The notes beneath the pieces are model-generated. The model saw only the letters and a program-made list of their open reading frames with translations. It did no database searches and was not told the origin of the DNA. The position numbers and the translations under genes are program-made. From assembly GCF_009914755.1 (NCBI RefSeq), contig NC_060933.1: a stretch of 64,000 nucleotides of DNA; one strand, 5' to 3'. Of the stretch, positions 18,032-33,747 are shown piece by piece. How positions within the stretch are numbered: the stretch's first letter is position 1; every line of letters starts with the position of its first letter. Origin of the DNA: the human T2T-CHM13v2.0 reference genome, Homo sapiens.

Positions 18032-18983
18032 TCAGTTCTATGTATTTTTAACTTTCCTGTGAGACTCTCTGTATGACCAAGGATTATGTAGAAATGTGTT
18101 ATTTAATTTTCAAGTGTTTGGCGATTTTTCCTTTGCCAGATTTTTAGTTTGATTTCATATGGTCAGAGAATGTACTCTGTGATTTAAATTCTTTAAATTT
18201 GACAAGGTTTGTTTTGTGGCCCAAAGTATGGTTTATCTTTGTATAAATCTATGGGCATTTGAAAATAATATATATTTTGCTGATGTTGGTGGATTGTTCC
18301 ATAAATATTGATTAGATCCTATAGGTTGATTTTGTTGCTGAGCTCTTCTGTACCTTTGATAATTCACTGGCTAGTTCTATACATTGTTGAGAGAGGCATT
18401 TTGAAGTTGCCAAACATAATTATTGATTTATCTATTACTCTTTTCAGTTCTATCAGTTTTTTTTCTGTATATTATTTTGAGCTCTAAAGTCTAAAGTTGG
18501 TACGTACACATTTAGGATCACTACGTCTTCTTGGTAGATTCTTTTATCATTGTATAATGTCCCTTACTTTCCCTAGTAATTTTCTTTGCTCTGAAGTACA
18601 CTTTATTCAATGTTAATATAACCACTCTTCTTTCTTTTGAAGAATGATTACATATCTTTTTTCCTTCCTTTTACTTTCAACTTACCTATATTGCCATATT
18701 TGAAATGAGTTTCTTTTAGTTACTATATAGTTGCATCATATTTTAAAATCTACTCTGTTGAGCACTTTTGATTTGTATATTTTAGATTATTTACATTCAG
18801 CTTGATTATTGATATGTTAGCATTTACGTGTGTCATTTTGCTTTTTTTTCTGTTTGCTATCTCTGTTTTTTTTTTTTTCCTGCCTTCCTGTTGGCTATTG
18901 GAACGCATTTTAGAATTTCATTTTGATTTATCTGTATTGGTTTTGGTGGTATCTCTTTGTATATATCTTTAGTGGTTGCTCTA

Positions 18984-19021
18984 ATTATTATATTATATTA
19001 TATTATATTATATTATATATA
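18984..19021. repeat. (ATATT)n microsatellite
   Basis: TTATATTATATTATA... seen directly. Confidence 0.9.
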
Positions 19022-21659
19022 CATAACTTAGCACAGTGTACTGGTATCAATATTTTACTACTTTAAGTGACATTTATAATAGAAACCTTTCTCTCTATTT
19101 TCCTTTTCTTTCCCCTATATAATATAGTTGCCATGAATATTTTTTGACCCACATTTAGAACCACATAAGATATTATTATACTTTTTGTTTCAGCCATCAA
19201 ACCTAATTTAGAAAACTGAAGAAGACAAGGAAAGTCTGTTGTATTTATGCAGATTTTTGCCTTTACTCTTTTCCTTCTTCCTTCTTGATGTTCCAGGATC
19301 CCTCCATTTAAAATTTCTTTTCTATTTAGAAAACTTACTTTAGCTATACTTTTTTGTTTGGTCTCATGACAACCAATTCCTAGATTTCCCCCCTCCTATT
19401 TTTTAAGAATGTCTTGATTTCCTTTAATTCCTAAAAATTATTTTCACTGGTTATATTATAGAATTGTGCGTTGATTCTTTTCTTTTCTTTCGGTATTTGA
19501 AAAATGCCATGCCCCTTCCTTCTGGTTTTGGTGGTTTCCAGCAAGAAATCTGCTGTCATCTGAATCATTGTTTTTAGGTAATAATGGTATTTCTGTGTCA
19601 CTATCTTCAAGATTTTTTCTTAGTTTTTAGATTTTGGAAGTTTTCGTATGATATGACTTGGTATAGATTTATTTGAGATTATTGTGTTCGGGTTTGTTCA
19701 GCTTCATGAATCTGTATGATTATGTCTTTTGCCAAACTTGATAAATTTTGAGTCACTGTTTCTTTGTATATTTATTGACCTGCCTTCTTTCTCTTCTACC
19801 TAGGCTCAGGTGTTGTAAATATTAGATCTTTGACAGGCCTCTGAGGTGGTGTTCGTTTTGTCTATTTTCCATGTTGTTCATATTTGGTAAATTCTGTTGT
19901 TCTCTTTTGCTTTTCACTGATTCTTTCCTGTCCTCTCCAGTTGGCTGTTGAGCCCATCTATTGAGTTGGGTTTTGTACTTTTCAGGCATAAAATTTGTAT
20001 TTGTTTTTTCGTTGTATCTTCTGTCTCTTTGCTTAGACTTTCTGTTTCTTTGCTGAGGCTTCCAATTTGTTTCTTTTACCTTCATAACTGCTCATTGAAG
20101 CATTTTCATTATGGCTGTTTTGAAATTGTTGTCACATAATTCTGACATCTCTGTCATCTTGGTGTTGGCATCTGTGGATTTGTTAACAATTCAAGATATT
20201 CCTGGTTCTTGGTATAACAAATGATTTTCTGATTGAATCTGGATGCTTTGGGTATTACATTATGAACTCTGTATCTTATTTAAACCTTCTATTTTCTCTG
20301 GCTTTCACTGATGACATTCTATCAGAGGAGGAGTTAGCCCCTCCTATTTACTGCCGGAAGAGTTTAGAAGTTTAGGTTCCCCTCTGGTCTCTGAAGACAC
20401 CTGAGGAATATGATGCTCTTTTTTATTGCTGGATGGGTGTATTCTCACCCTTTATTAGGCCTTCACTAATGCCACCCTAGGTGGAAGGGGCAGGAATGTC
20501 TCCCATGTGGCTTCCACTGTCATCACGGGAGGAAGGGAGCCTTGTTATTGCTGGGCAGAGGTGAAAATTCTGACTCTTCCTTGGCCTCCTCTGACACAGT
20601 TCCAATGGGGAGCAGGGGCTGGAGGAGTGGGTAACCTCATTACAGTATCGTGAATATGAAAGTCCTGGCTCTCCACTTGTCCTTCTCTGAAATTCTTCTG
20701 GCAGCAATTAGGGAGGCTGGGGAGCCTCATTATATAGACTTGCAAAGATTGAAGTCTAGGCTCCTCTCGTGGCCTTTGCTAGCATGAGTGGTGGTAGGGC
20801 CACATTTTTTTTTTTTCCTTTGGTACTTGTCAGGAGTAGAGTGGTTAATGTCTAAAAGTTTTTTGTTTACTAGCCTACTCCTTTCCTGGTCCGTAGGGTA
20901 GAGAGCAGACTTTCGTTGAGGCTTTTTTCTTTCTGTACTTAGTGGTGTTTCTAGGTTGTCAACTTTTTCTGTTCCATATCTGCTGTGCATGAGGCAAAAG
21001 GAAAACCCAGGGAACTTATTGCTGTTTAATAACAAGGTCCCAAGGTCTCTAGTCAATCTGCCTTTTTTCCCCCACTTCAGAGTTTTCTCATGTTTATTTT
21101 ATATGTAGTATTCAGGGTTTTTAGTTGTGTTCTGAGGGAGGAATCAGGAAAATACTTCTAATCCATTTTCCTGGGAATGGAAGCTGACCATGCTTTAGAA
21201 AATTTATTTTGTCATTGTATTTGGTGAGTTAATTGAAGTAGGTAACTTGACATTGTTGACATTTGCTCTTTAGAGTAAGATTAAAAAGTTTGATAGATGA
21301 CGAGTTTACCCTAGAGGGAAGGTGGCAAATACCTGATCCTTGTGCCACTTCTCTTACCCTTATATACCATAGCAGTCTTTACTTATTGTTCTCCATTCTT
21401 CTTCCTGTTGAGTCGTGAATTAAAACAGCATTCCAGATAGCACATTGCTAGAGTTTTGGAGAGAAGAGAAAACTTATTTGCCATACTTGCCATGAAGCTG
21501 TATTCAGTTGGGCATAATTAGTCATGTGAATTCTAGTGGGAGGGGCCCAGTTGAGATAGATTCTAGTGCGTGCAAAATTGATGCAGTTACTCACGAAAAC
21601 AAGTGAAACAGGTCATTAGTTGTTACTGGAGGTCTGTGTCTTCAAAGTCTGGTGTCTGC

Positions 21660-21787
21660 ATCTGTGAGTAGATAATAGTATGATAGAATCTGTATTTACT
21701 AATGATTCTAGTAGTTAAGTGTATCTGTGAGTAGATAATAGTGATGGATAGAATCTGTATTTACTAATGATTCTAGTAGTTAAGTGT
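21660..21787. repeat. Tandem duplication, 63/65-bp units
   Basis: ATCTGTGAGTAGATAATAGT...TTAAGTGT twice, differing by two inserted G. Confidence 0.95.
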
Positions 21788-24408
21788 GGACCTTCAAGTT
21801 TGGTCATCAGGAATTATCATTTACATATTTTTTTGAGGGGAGATAAATTTATAATTAGTAAACCAAAATGTTTTAAAATTCATCCATAAATCCAAACCAT
21901 CTTATAGACATGAATGGGACATATCCACTCTGTCATTTGGAATATCACAGAATAATTCTCATTCTTTTAACAAATTTATCATTTTATAAGGTTATTCAGG
22001 AGAATAAACCTAGAAGAAAAGAGTGTCCACAAAAACTCATTGAGTAGGGTTGCAGTCTTATATGTAGACTTTTGAAAACTGTCTTGTTGCATTAAAAATT
22101 AATGAACACTTTTTTCTATTTGTTTTTTTTTTGTAAAAAAGGAGAAGAATATAAGTGTTTAAATAGAATTGCAAACAATAAAAACTGTAGTTATGGTAAC
22201 TTTAAAATGTTCACGTGAAACACTAATAATAATCTTTGGCCATTCGGTAAGATTGATAAAGTCTTGCCTATTCCTTTCAATGCCTTTGGTTAATTTTTAT
22301 GTTATCATCAAAAATAAATGTTTCAAAGGCAAATGAACTAGATATAATTATATATAAACAATGCTGAGATCAATAGTATTTAAAGTAGTTGGGAAGTATA
22401 CTAAACATGAAATACACTTCTGCATCCACTTATTTGAAAATACCTGGAGGCCTTTTCTTATCCCAAAGGCATTTCTAATTTGCATAGTAAAGATAGTATT
22501 ATTTATATTTTCCTTTAATATTCAGATATAGTTATATTCACCAGATAAGAAATGTACCTACCCTGTGAAAGCTAGTATCTAAATTTGTTCTTAAGAACCA
22601 GTCAAGTGTAAAGTAAGTAATTTCTGGTTGAAATGGAAAATAGTGAGCTTTTTGAAGTTTCACATTGAGGTCATGAGATAACCTGATTTATGATAGCATA
22701 TGAGAAGCAACGAATAATCTGAAATGTTCATCCCACACTGTAGATTAAACTGAGTTTTTAATAGACATAACTAATTTTGAGGAAGATTTTCGTGAAATAG
22801 CTTTAAAGTATTTGGTGATTTTTACCGACAAACGGACTTATTCGAATCATAAATGAATTTAATTATTTGAAAATGATCAAGCATATATATGTATAAAAAA
22901 TTCTTGCTATTTTGGAATTTGAATTTTCAAATTACGTAAACATGAATATTTGTTATAACAGAGCACATTTTTGTAGTACTATTTCAACAAATTTCAAACA
23001 TTTTTATTTTGGTAGTTAAAATCAGAAGCAATTGTATTTTAAAGTGCAATACGTATGATAACTAGCTATTTCAAAATCATACGTTATGCATAAGATGTTA
23101 CTTTTCAAGAATGAACATTAATGTAGGGAAGAAGTACTATTAAAAGATAAAACCAGACACTCTTTCACTTGAGAATGTGGATAGATGTGAGGTAGGAATT
23201 TGCTTTTAGAATTATGAATTGTATTGGGGGAGAAGTGGAGAGTTATTACTATGATCGTGACTACAGTTGCCATTGCCATTGTGAATTGGCTTCATTAGTG
23301 TTCAATCCAGCCACTTTAGCAGAACTCATACTAGCATAATTGCTATTGCAGGATTAATTCATTAAAACAACAATAGGAATACTCACACAATAACCATATT
23401 CAGAAAATTAACCCCTTTGAAATGAACACGTCTTTATTCAAAACCTGATAAGGACTAAGAGGATCACTTAGGCAAAAATTTGAAATGGTGGAGGAAAGTA
23501 TCCATAAATTATTACCGTATTTTTCTAAAGGATTGTAGGTTAGAGTGAATTATGATAAAAGCAAATCTGGTATTTAAACTCACAGTGTATTTTTGGATAT
23601 CCTCTAATTAAGTCTCAGAACTTTATAAAAGCTTTAGCCAATAACATTTAATTTATCTACTCTTGAAGTCTGAATAGAATATTCTAGCCAAATGCTCCTT
23701 TGTTAGAGATTCTTAAGCTGGTGTGAATGTTTTCATTATATTGGAAAATAGAATTCTTTTGGAATTCTAGAAATGAAATTTTCTGTTGAAACCTGTCTTC
23801 TGGTAAAACATTCAAACACATTTACAATTTATATTCCAAGGTGAAGTGTGTATTCTTTAATTTCCACGGAGGTTATCAATTTTATTGCAATAGATAATAT
23901 GTCTAAAACATGAGTAAATCAAAAGAATATCAAAAGTCATTCAACTTCTGGTACGTGTTCATGATTTTGCCAGAAACTGGATGGCTCCAAACAAACATGA
24001 CATTTACTTTCAAAGGGTTTATCAAAAGATAATAATACATTCCTAACTAGCATGTTGGCACAGCATTGTTTCTAAGATAAGTCACTATTTGTCACAGCAA
24101 ACGTTTTCTTTTTAATTGTCATTTGGCTCAGATCTTTCTGTGATTGCTTTTAAATATATGCTAATTCTTTTAGTTTACTTTTTTTTCTTCTAGTTTACTT
24201 TTCCCTGTTAATATCTCTTGGTTTGTGAGTTTGTGAATGACGGGTGGGATCTACTATAAGGGTTCCCCAGAGCATTGAAGAGGTTTCAGAGACCAAGGAG
24301 GTGAGGGAGATGCAAAACACATGGAAAGATCTTTCCTATCTATGCCTTGCACATTTCACTCTGTTAGAAAGGCTTTTCTCTCCTCTTTGCTTTTTGAAAT
24401 GTTTCCCA

Positions 24409-24410
<2 letters not shown>

Positions 24411-24443
<33 letters not shown>

Positions 24444-24730
24444 CTGTGTGTGTCAGGGTCCTGCTCTGTTGCCCAGGCTAGAGTGCAGTGGTGAGCTCAT
24501 GCCTTACTGTAGCCTCTACCTCCTGGGCTCAAGTGATTCTCCCACCTCAGCCTCCTGAGGAGCTGGGACTATAGGCGCGCACCACCACACCTGGCTAATT
24601 TTTAAATTTTTTGTAGAGGCAGGTCTCACTGTGTTGCTCAGGTTGGTCTTGAACTCTTGAGCTCAAGTTATCCTCCTGCCTTGGCCTCCCAGAGTGCCAG
24701 GACCACAGGTATGAGCCACCGTGTCAGCCC
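24411..24730 (-). mobile_element. AluJ-like SINE with a (TG)n microsatellite in place of its tail (24411-24453)
   Basis: (TG)n directly followed by reverse Alu body; flanks TCCCATT on both sides. Confidence 0.9.
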
Positions 24731-25734
24731 CTCCCATTCTTTAGTTATCAGAATAAGCTGAGGATAATTTATTTCATCTTGGACTTTGTTTATAATTTTC
24801 TTATAGGATTTTCCATATTCTGCCACATGTTCATGCACACTGAGTAGAGATGAATTCCTTGAAAAGGGTATTCATCTTTGAATGACTGGTAATAGTACAT
24901 CATTCATGTTGTGTAGTGTCTGTTCAGTGCTTTTTTAGAGTTGGTCTCAGCATGTCTCTTTAGAAACTGGGTAGTTGTCATGTTAAAAGAATCTCAGCAA
25001 CAAAATAGGATTCATGTTGGTAAGCATTAGGAAGTATTGGGAGCATATGGTAGAATTCATCTTGATTTTCTCAATTGAGGACATTTGTTAACTCTAAGGT
25101 TATCAATCTGTTGTTCAAAAATATTTATTGAATATCTACATTGTATATGATTTTGGATTAGAAATTCTTGCCAGGCCACCTTGCTTAGTGTAGTTTAATA
25201 GTAGGTGCTCACTTCTCTATCTCAAGGTTGTAGCTGTTATTAGTTTTTTTTCCTGGTTCTTGTGATTCTTAGTTTATAGCACACTTTTAGCTGCTAATCA
25301 TGTGTATATATTTAGGTTCTGTTACCATTTATAAGGCACACTAAGCAAACATTACCTTATTTAATTTAGATACTTATTGCCTGAAATGTTTCAGAATATC
25401 ATTTGATCCTCCATATATGGATAGTTCTGATAAGTAGTTTCTTTTTCATATTTAATATAAATATTACTATCCTTTCTATATAATGCTTGAGTCCTACATT
25501 TTATGCCCTTCCAGACTACCTACTTAATTTTTTATATGCAAAACTGAATTTGATGGATTAGGATTCCTATATGAGACTTTTGGATGGAGTTGCAAATTGT
25601 TTTAGTTTTAGAGTTGTGTCTCTGATGTCTGGATTGTTTGGTTCTTGATAATATTATATACATTAATACTTTACCTTGACCAGCAACATGATTTCTGACC
25701 CCTGATCTACCTGCATTTTCAGAAAGATTTTGTC

Positions 25735-25950
25735 ATAAGATGGAATGAGCGCATACATGGAATTAAAAACATGTTTGAATTTTGGCTTTGTTACTTATTA
25801 GCTTTGATTTTGGGTAAGTTACATAACTTCTAATTATTATAAATTTCCTAATCTGCAAAGACAAATATCTGCTTTATCTACTTTCTGTGTTAATAGGAGC
25901 TAATTTGAAAATGTCAAACTCTTTTGTAAGTTATTACATACTCTATAAGT
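25735..25950 (+). mobile_element. MIR relic
   Basis: TTTGGGTAAGTTACATAAC...TTTCCTAATCTGCAAA, diverged MIR core. Confidence 0.55.
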
Positions 25951-27696
25951 TTAAGTGGCTGCCAATATTCCTTCTACCTGGTTCATTTGATGGCAATCTT
26001 AGTTTATTCCTGCGCTTTCATGTTTTTAAGGTTGAGAAAATGAGAGTGTCAGAGGAGGGTTTAATTTTTTTTATAAGAACAAGTAGTAATGGGGTCATTA
26101 TAGAAAATTTGAGAAAATAATCATAGACCTACTATCTAGGGATAAATCACTTCTCTAATAGTTCACATATATTCCCCTAGTATTTTTTCTGTGCAAATAA
26201 ATTATTTACTTTTGTTTTATAAAAGTTGGATCATGTTTTTGTAGTGTGCTAATATGACTAGCATTTTCTTATTTTCCCCTTGCTTTGAAAACTTTATTTT
26301 TCAATGCCTGTGTAGTATTTCACTTTATGAATTTAACATAATTTATTGTTATGTTATTGTTTTGATATTTATAGAGTGTCATATTTTTACTGTTAGAAAT
26401 ATTGCAATGATGAATGTATTTGAACATAAGTCTTTGCTTGAAAATCTTGAGTCCAATATTGGAACTTTAAAAGAACCTATGTAATATGTAACCAGAAGCA
26501 GTTTATGAGACCTTTTGTGGCATCCTCTCCAGCTTTGTGTGAGTTTTATCATGAAATATTTTGAGTGTGTGAAAATGTATAAGGAATAATTTAATATTTA
26601 TATACTCTCTACTTTGCTCAATAATTATATATACACTATATATATACACCATATATATATATATATATATACACAGCATATTTATGTATATATATAAATT
26701 GTAGTTTCCTTTGAATTCTTTCCCACTTCATGCTTTTCCTCCGCAAAGTTTCATATCTGAAGATAAAAAGAATTAACAAAGTGTAATGTCAGTTTTAAAT
26801 AAAGAACTTGCTAGATTTTTAAGAAGAATTCTGAAGGATTATTTCTATAAAATATAAATGTCTCATCAATGTTTGTGAGAGAAGGCATGGAAAAAAATCA
26901 CGTTTAGATTTGTTATTTGTATTTCTGTGTGAAATTCTGAAGATTAGCCCAGTTCTACCATGAGGGTATATATCATGGAGCATATTTTTCATATTGAAGG
27001 CAAAGCAAAGATAGTTTTCAAAAACTATGACCCTTACATTTATATTGACAACATCTGTAGACCATAAAAAAGCCCATTGTCTTTTTTTGGCATTCTTTGC
27101 AAATGACTTATTTTACCGATAAGAATTGCTAGTGATCCAAATGAATATAATATTGTTTAGGCAATATTGTTTGGGAAAGACTATGATCCTCATTTATGAA
27201 GCAGTATTTCAGTGAAAGGATCTTAGGCAATGGGAAGCAAATAATTCAACTCTATTTCGAATAATTTTTATTCAGTGGTTTCAAGTTTTCTGATATTTTC
27301 TTCTGTACTGTTTAATCTGCTGTTCATCCCTTCTAGTATATGTTTCATATAAGATTCTATATTTTTCACATCTAGAGGTTCCATTAAAAATATATATTCA
27401 CTTTCTCTCCATTATGTTCATGTTTTCTTTTAAATTATTGAGTATCTTTTAAATGTTTATAAAAACTGTTTCAAGGTTTTTGAATTGCTTAATTTCATTA
27501 TCTGAGTCATTGACTTTTTTTTCCCTCCAGATTATGGATTATGTGTTTCTACTTCTTTGCATACCTAATAATTTTTGGTTTGATACTTGACATTATGAAT
27601 TTTATCTTACTGATTGTTTGATTTTTGTTGTATTCCTTTAAGGAATTATGAATTTTTTTTCTTCCATGCAGTTAAGTTACTTGTTAATCAATTTGA

Positions 27697-28021
<325 letters not shown>

Positions 28022-28082
28022 AGGACTTAGTTTTAAACTTCATTAGTGCAGGCTTAGAGCGATAGAGCAGCTTTTTTTCTAA

Positions 28083-28462
<380 letters not shown>

Positions 28463-29592
28463 TAATTTCTTGAATATTACGAGGTCTTTTCACTCTGACT
28501 GATGGGAACACGAACTATTGTAAGTCCTCTCTTACCTTTAGGAATTTTTCAGTCTGCTGCTTTCCAATGACTCCTTTCCTTTGTCTGGAGTAGCTTTTCT
28601 CTCAGGCGTGGACTGATTAATACTCAGAACTTCCGGAACTCTCTCTCTCAATGCAGCTCCATCCTCTAGTATATTGCCTGGCAAATTCTACCTGCCTTGA
28701 GCTTCCTTACTCCAGTCTGTGTCTGCACAACTTAATGAGACCCAGAGCTGTTTGGGTCTCTTCTTCCTTTGCTGTAGCTGGAACACTGTCTCTATCTAGT
28801 AAGCCGGGGGCAATCATAGAACTTACTTCATTAGTTACCTTTCTTCAGGGATCACAGCCCTTTGTTTCCTGTTGTACAGTGTCTGATAATATTTTGTATA
28901 TTTTGTACAGTTTTCAAGGTTTTTTAAGGCAGCAGGATAAATCAGGTTCCTGTTACTCCCTTATGACTAGAAGTTAATTCAGCTTTGTATGCTGAGGAAT
29001 GGCTCACAACTTTCAGATAATTTAATACATATATTGCATTGTGAACAGATAGTAAATGACTATTAAATTGTAATTGTACCATGAAAGGATTTTTTTATCT
29101 TGTAAGTTTATAATTTTAACATGGCTATTAAAATTTTTCATTTAAATTACCAGATATAAAAAGTTTAGCACATTTCTGTTGTTGTTATAGTGAGAGTTTC
29201 AAATATCCGCCTCCTAATGAAGTTGATTGACAGATATAGGTAGTGATCTTTATATCTGGAATTTCTTAGTGGTCAAAAATTTATGCAAAAACATCTCTTT
29301 TTAAACTTGAAGGTATGTGACTTATTTCTCATTAACCGAGTTGTCATATTCTTATGCCCTTTGATTTTAGACTTGAAAAGTATGAGTCTGGTGAAATGCT
29401 GAAAATGGTACAGGAAGAAGTGAGATTAGGAAGAGTGAGGCTGTAGGAAAATTATAATTATAGCAATTAAGAACTACCAGGGAGTTGAAAGACTTTTTGG
29501 TAAAGACCTCTGTTACCATAAATGTTGCAATTAGTAACTATTCACATATTATAATTCATAGTCATTTATATAATGGATCTGTTTTCTTTAAC

Positions 29593-30125
29593 TCAGGGAT
29601 TCCTAAATGTTTTCAGTTCATAATGCCCTTACTACCTCTCATTTTTTCATGATGCCTCAAGGCAAAGAGAAATACCTAATAGTTCCGTGGATTAAATATT
29701 TATGTCCTAACAACTTAGTAGCCATTAGAAGTATATGTATAAATTAAAAGAAACAATTATTTTCTTCTTAAACAGCCATAACTATTTACTAATAGGATAT
29801 GTGAGCCTTTTGGATACTGGACAGCTTCTCATACTTTGAAATCAGATTGGACACTGCCACCCTCATTTCCTGTTTTATGTTGCTTTTTGCTCTGTGTTTG
29901 TTTTTTATCACAGCAGTTGTTAAATACCCAGCTTCATGATGCCATGCAAGGAATGTAAGGCAATCTAACATTGTAATCCTAAACTTCCTTTTGCTAGTAG
30001 TCTGTGCAGTGTCCAATAGATGTCAAGTATTGCTGTTTCTTTCAAACCCTTAGAATATTTCACAGTGCCCCTGTGTGTCTGCTACAGCACCCCTGGGAAA
30101 CTTGACACACATTCTGGGTACTATG
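29593..30125 (+). mobile_element. MER113-like hAT-Charlie DNA transposon
   Basis: AAGAGAAATACCTAATAGTTCCG...TATTTATGTCCTAACAACTTAGTAGCCATT motif recalled from MER113. Confidence 0.65.
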
Positions 30126-30769
30126 GGATTAACTAATTTTCTTCTATTGTTCATCACTGTTTTATATGGCATTCTGGCATGATTAAGATCCTAACTAATT
30201 TCTGTATTTTGGAATAGAGAATCTTTTTGATACAGTTTCTTAAGAACCTGAGTTAGTAATGGTGAAATTAAGGAATAATATATGACATTTTTTTGATGGA
30301 AAAATGCTTACAGCAGAGGCTTCATGGAAAATTATTGAATAAGTTGGTTTTGTGTAATTTTACAAATAATCTGAAAATATGAAGAGAAATAGTGAATAAA
30401 TATTGAAATATGATATTTAATAGGATAAAAATGAAGGAAGATGAGGTGGGATGAATAAACAGAAAAGAAAAACATGAATTTTATTGTGAGGATGTGTAAG
30501 GGAAAGTTATCAAAACTATCTGTGCTATTATTGGGTGTCTTGGCATCAATTATTGTCTTGTAATGGACTAAGGATGTTGCTGATTGATCCTTACAGGTGT
30601 CTGCCCACTGAACTGTACTAAGCTGTTTTTTTGACTCAAAAATGATTTTTTAGAATGATACATTTTACAAAGAAGTATATTCTGTACCTTGTGGGAAAAT
30701 ATTCCTATATACTATCATAAGTATACATTTGTGATTCTATGTGTTCATAGTTTAACAAGCATAATGTTA

Positions 30770-31334
<565 letters not shown>

Positions 31335-31482
31335 TAAGGGGAGAATTAGCTTTTACCTAAGTGTCAACAATGAAACACTAGTCAGGAAAAAGAAGACAAC
31401 AAGTGAATGCAATTTACATTTATTTTAAGATCCTAGACTTATTAAAATCTTCTATTAATAAATTGATTCAAGGAAAAGAAGC

Positions 31483-33747
31483 TGTAGTAGTTTGTTTTCA
31501 CGCTGCTGATAAAGACGTACCTGAGACTGGGAAGAAAAAGCAGTTCAGTTGGACTTACAGTTCCACATGGCTGGGGAGGCCTCAGAATCATGGTGGGAGG
31601 CAAAAGGCACTTCTTACTTGGTGGCAGCAAGAGAAAATGAGGAAGATGAAAACGTGGAAACCCCTGATAAAACCATCAGATCTTGTGAGACATTTTCACT
31701 ACTGTAAGAATAGTATGGGGGAAACTGCCCCCATGATTCAGTTATCTCACCGGCTCCCTCCTACAACCTGTGGGAATTATGGGAGTACAATTCAAGATGA
31801 GATTTGGGTGGGGACACAGGCCAAACCATATCATTCCACCCCGGCCCCTCCGCATGTCATGTCCTCACATTTCAAAACCAGTCATGCCTTCCCAACAGTC
31901 CCCCAAAGTCTTAATCCATTTCAGCATTAACCCAAAAGTCCACAGTCCAAAGTCTCATCTGAGACAAGACAAATCCCTTCCACCTATGAGCCTGTAAAAT
32001 CAAAAGCAAGCTAGTTACTTCCCAGATACAATGGGGGTACAGGTATTGGGTAAATATAGCCATTCCAAATGGGAGAAATTGGCCAAAACAAAGGGGTTAC
32101 AGGGCCCATGCAAACTGAAATCCAGTGGGGCAGTCAAATCTTAAACCTCCAAAATTATGTCCTTTGACTCCAGGTCTCACATCCAGGTCACAGTGATCAA
32201 AGAGGTGAGTTCCCATGGTCTTGGGCAGCTCTGCACCTGTGGCTTTGCAGGGTCCAGCCTCCCTCCCAGCTGCCTTCACGGGCTGGCATCGAGTGTCAGC
32301 GGCTTTTCCAGGCAAATGGTGCAAGCTGTTGGTAGATTACCATTCTGGCATTTGGATGATAGTGCCCCTCTTCTCACAGTTCCACTAGGCATCGCCCTAG
32401 TAGGTGCTCTGTATGGGGGCTCCGATTCCACATTTCCCTTCTGTGTTGCTCTATCAGAGGTTCTCCATGAGCGCCCGCCCTGCAACAAACTTCTGCCTAG
32501 GCATCCAGGTGTTTCCGTACATCTTCTGAAATCTAGGCGGAAGTTTCCAAACCCCAATTCTTGACTTCTGTGCACTTGCAGGCTCAGCACCACATGGAAG
32601 CTGCCAAGGCTTGGGGCTTGCACTCTCTGAAGCCATGGCTCAAACTTTACGTTGACTCCTTTCAGTCATGGCCAGAGCAGCTGGGACACAGGGCACCAAG
32701 TCCCTAGGCTGCACACAGTACAGGGACCCTGGGCCCGGCCCACAAAACCATTTTCTCCTAGGCCTCTGGGCCTGTGATGGGAGGGGCTGCTGTGAAAACC
32801 TCTGACATGCCCTGGAGACATTTTCCCCATTGTCTTAGGGATTAACATTCAGCTACTAGTTATTTTTGCAAATTTCTGCAGCCAGTTTGAATTTCTCCTC
32901 AGAAAATGAGTTTTTCTTTTGTATCACATTGTTAGGCTGCACATTTTTCTAACTTTTATTCTCTGCTTCCCTTATAAACCTAAATGTCTTTAACAGTATC
33001 CAAGTCACCTCTTGAATGCTTTGCTGCTTAGAAATTTCTCCTGCCAGATACCCTAAATCATCTCTCTCAAGTTCAAAGTTCTACAAATCTCTAGGGCAGA
33101 GGCAAAATGCCGCCAGTTTCTTTGCTAAAACCTAACAAGGGTCACCTTTGTTCTAGTTCCCAACAAGTTCCTCATCTCCATCGGAGACCACCTCAGCCTA
33201 GACTTTATTATCCATATCAGTATCAGCATTTTGATCAATGCCATTCAACAAGTCTCTAGGAAGTTCCAAACTTTCCCAAATTTTCCTGTCTTCTTCTGAG
33301 CCCTCCAAACTGTTCCAACCTTTGTTACCCAGTTCAAAGTCACTTCCACATTTTCAGGTATCTTTTAAGCAACCCCCCACTCTACTGGTACCAATATACT
33401 ATATTATCTGTTTTCACACTGCTCATAAAGACATATCTGAGACTGGGAAGAAAAAGAAGTTTAATTGGACTTACAGTTTTACATGGCTGGGGAGGCCTCA
33501 GAATCGTGACAGGAGGCAAAAAGCCCTTCTTATGTGGCAGCGACGAGAAAATGAGGAAGATGCAAAAGCGGAAACCCCTGATAAAACCATCAGATCTCGT
33601 GAGACTTATTCACTACCATGAGAACAGTATGGGGGAAACCGCCCCCATAATTCAAATGGTCTCCCACCGTGTCCCTCCCATAACGTGGGAATTATGGGAG
33701 TACAACTGAAGATGAGATTTGGGTGGGGACACAGCCAAACCATATCA
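31483..33747 (-). mobile_element. Full-length THE1A-like MaLR (LTR 31483-31833, internal region, LTR 33400-33747)
   Basis: Two direct ~350-bp THE1A-type LTRs around a ~1.57-kb THE1 internal region; 5-bp TSD GAAGC at 31478 and 33748. Confidence 0.95.

Noticed and set aside
31403-33709. 175-aa and neighbouring ORFs
   Set aside because: Lie within THE1A LTR/internal sequence; no evidence of a cellular gene
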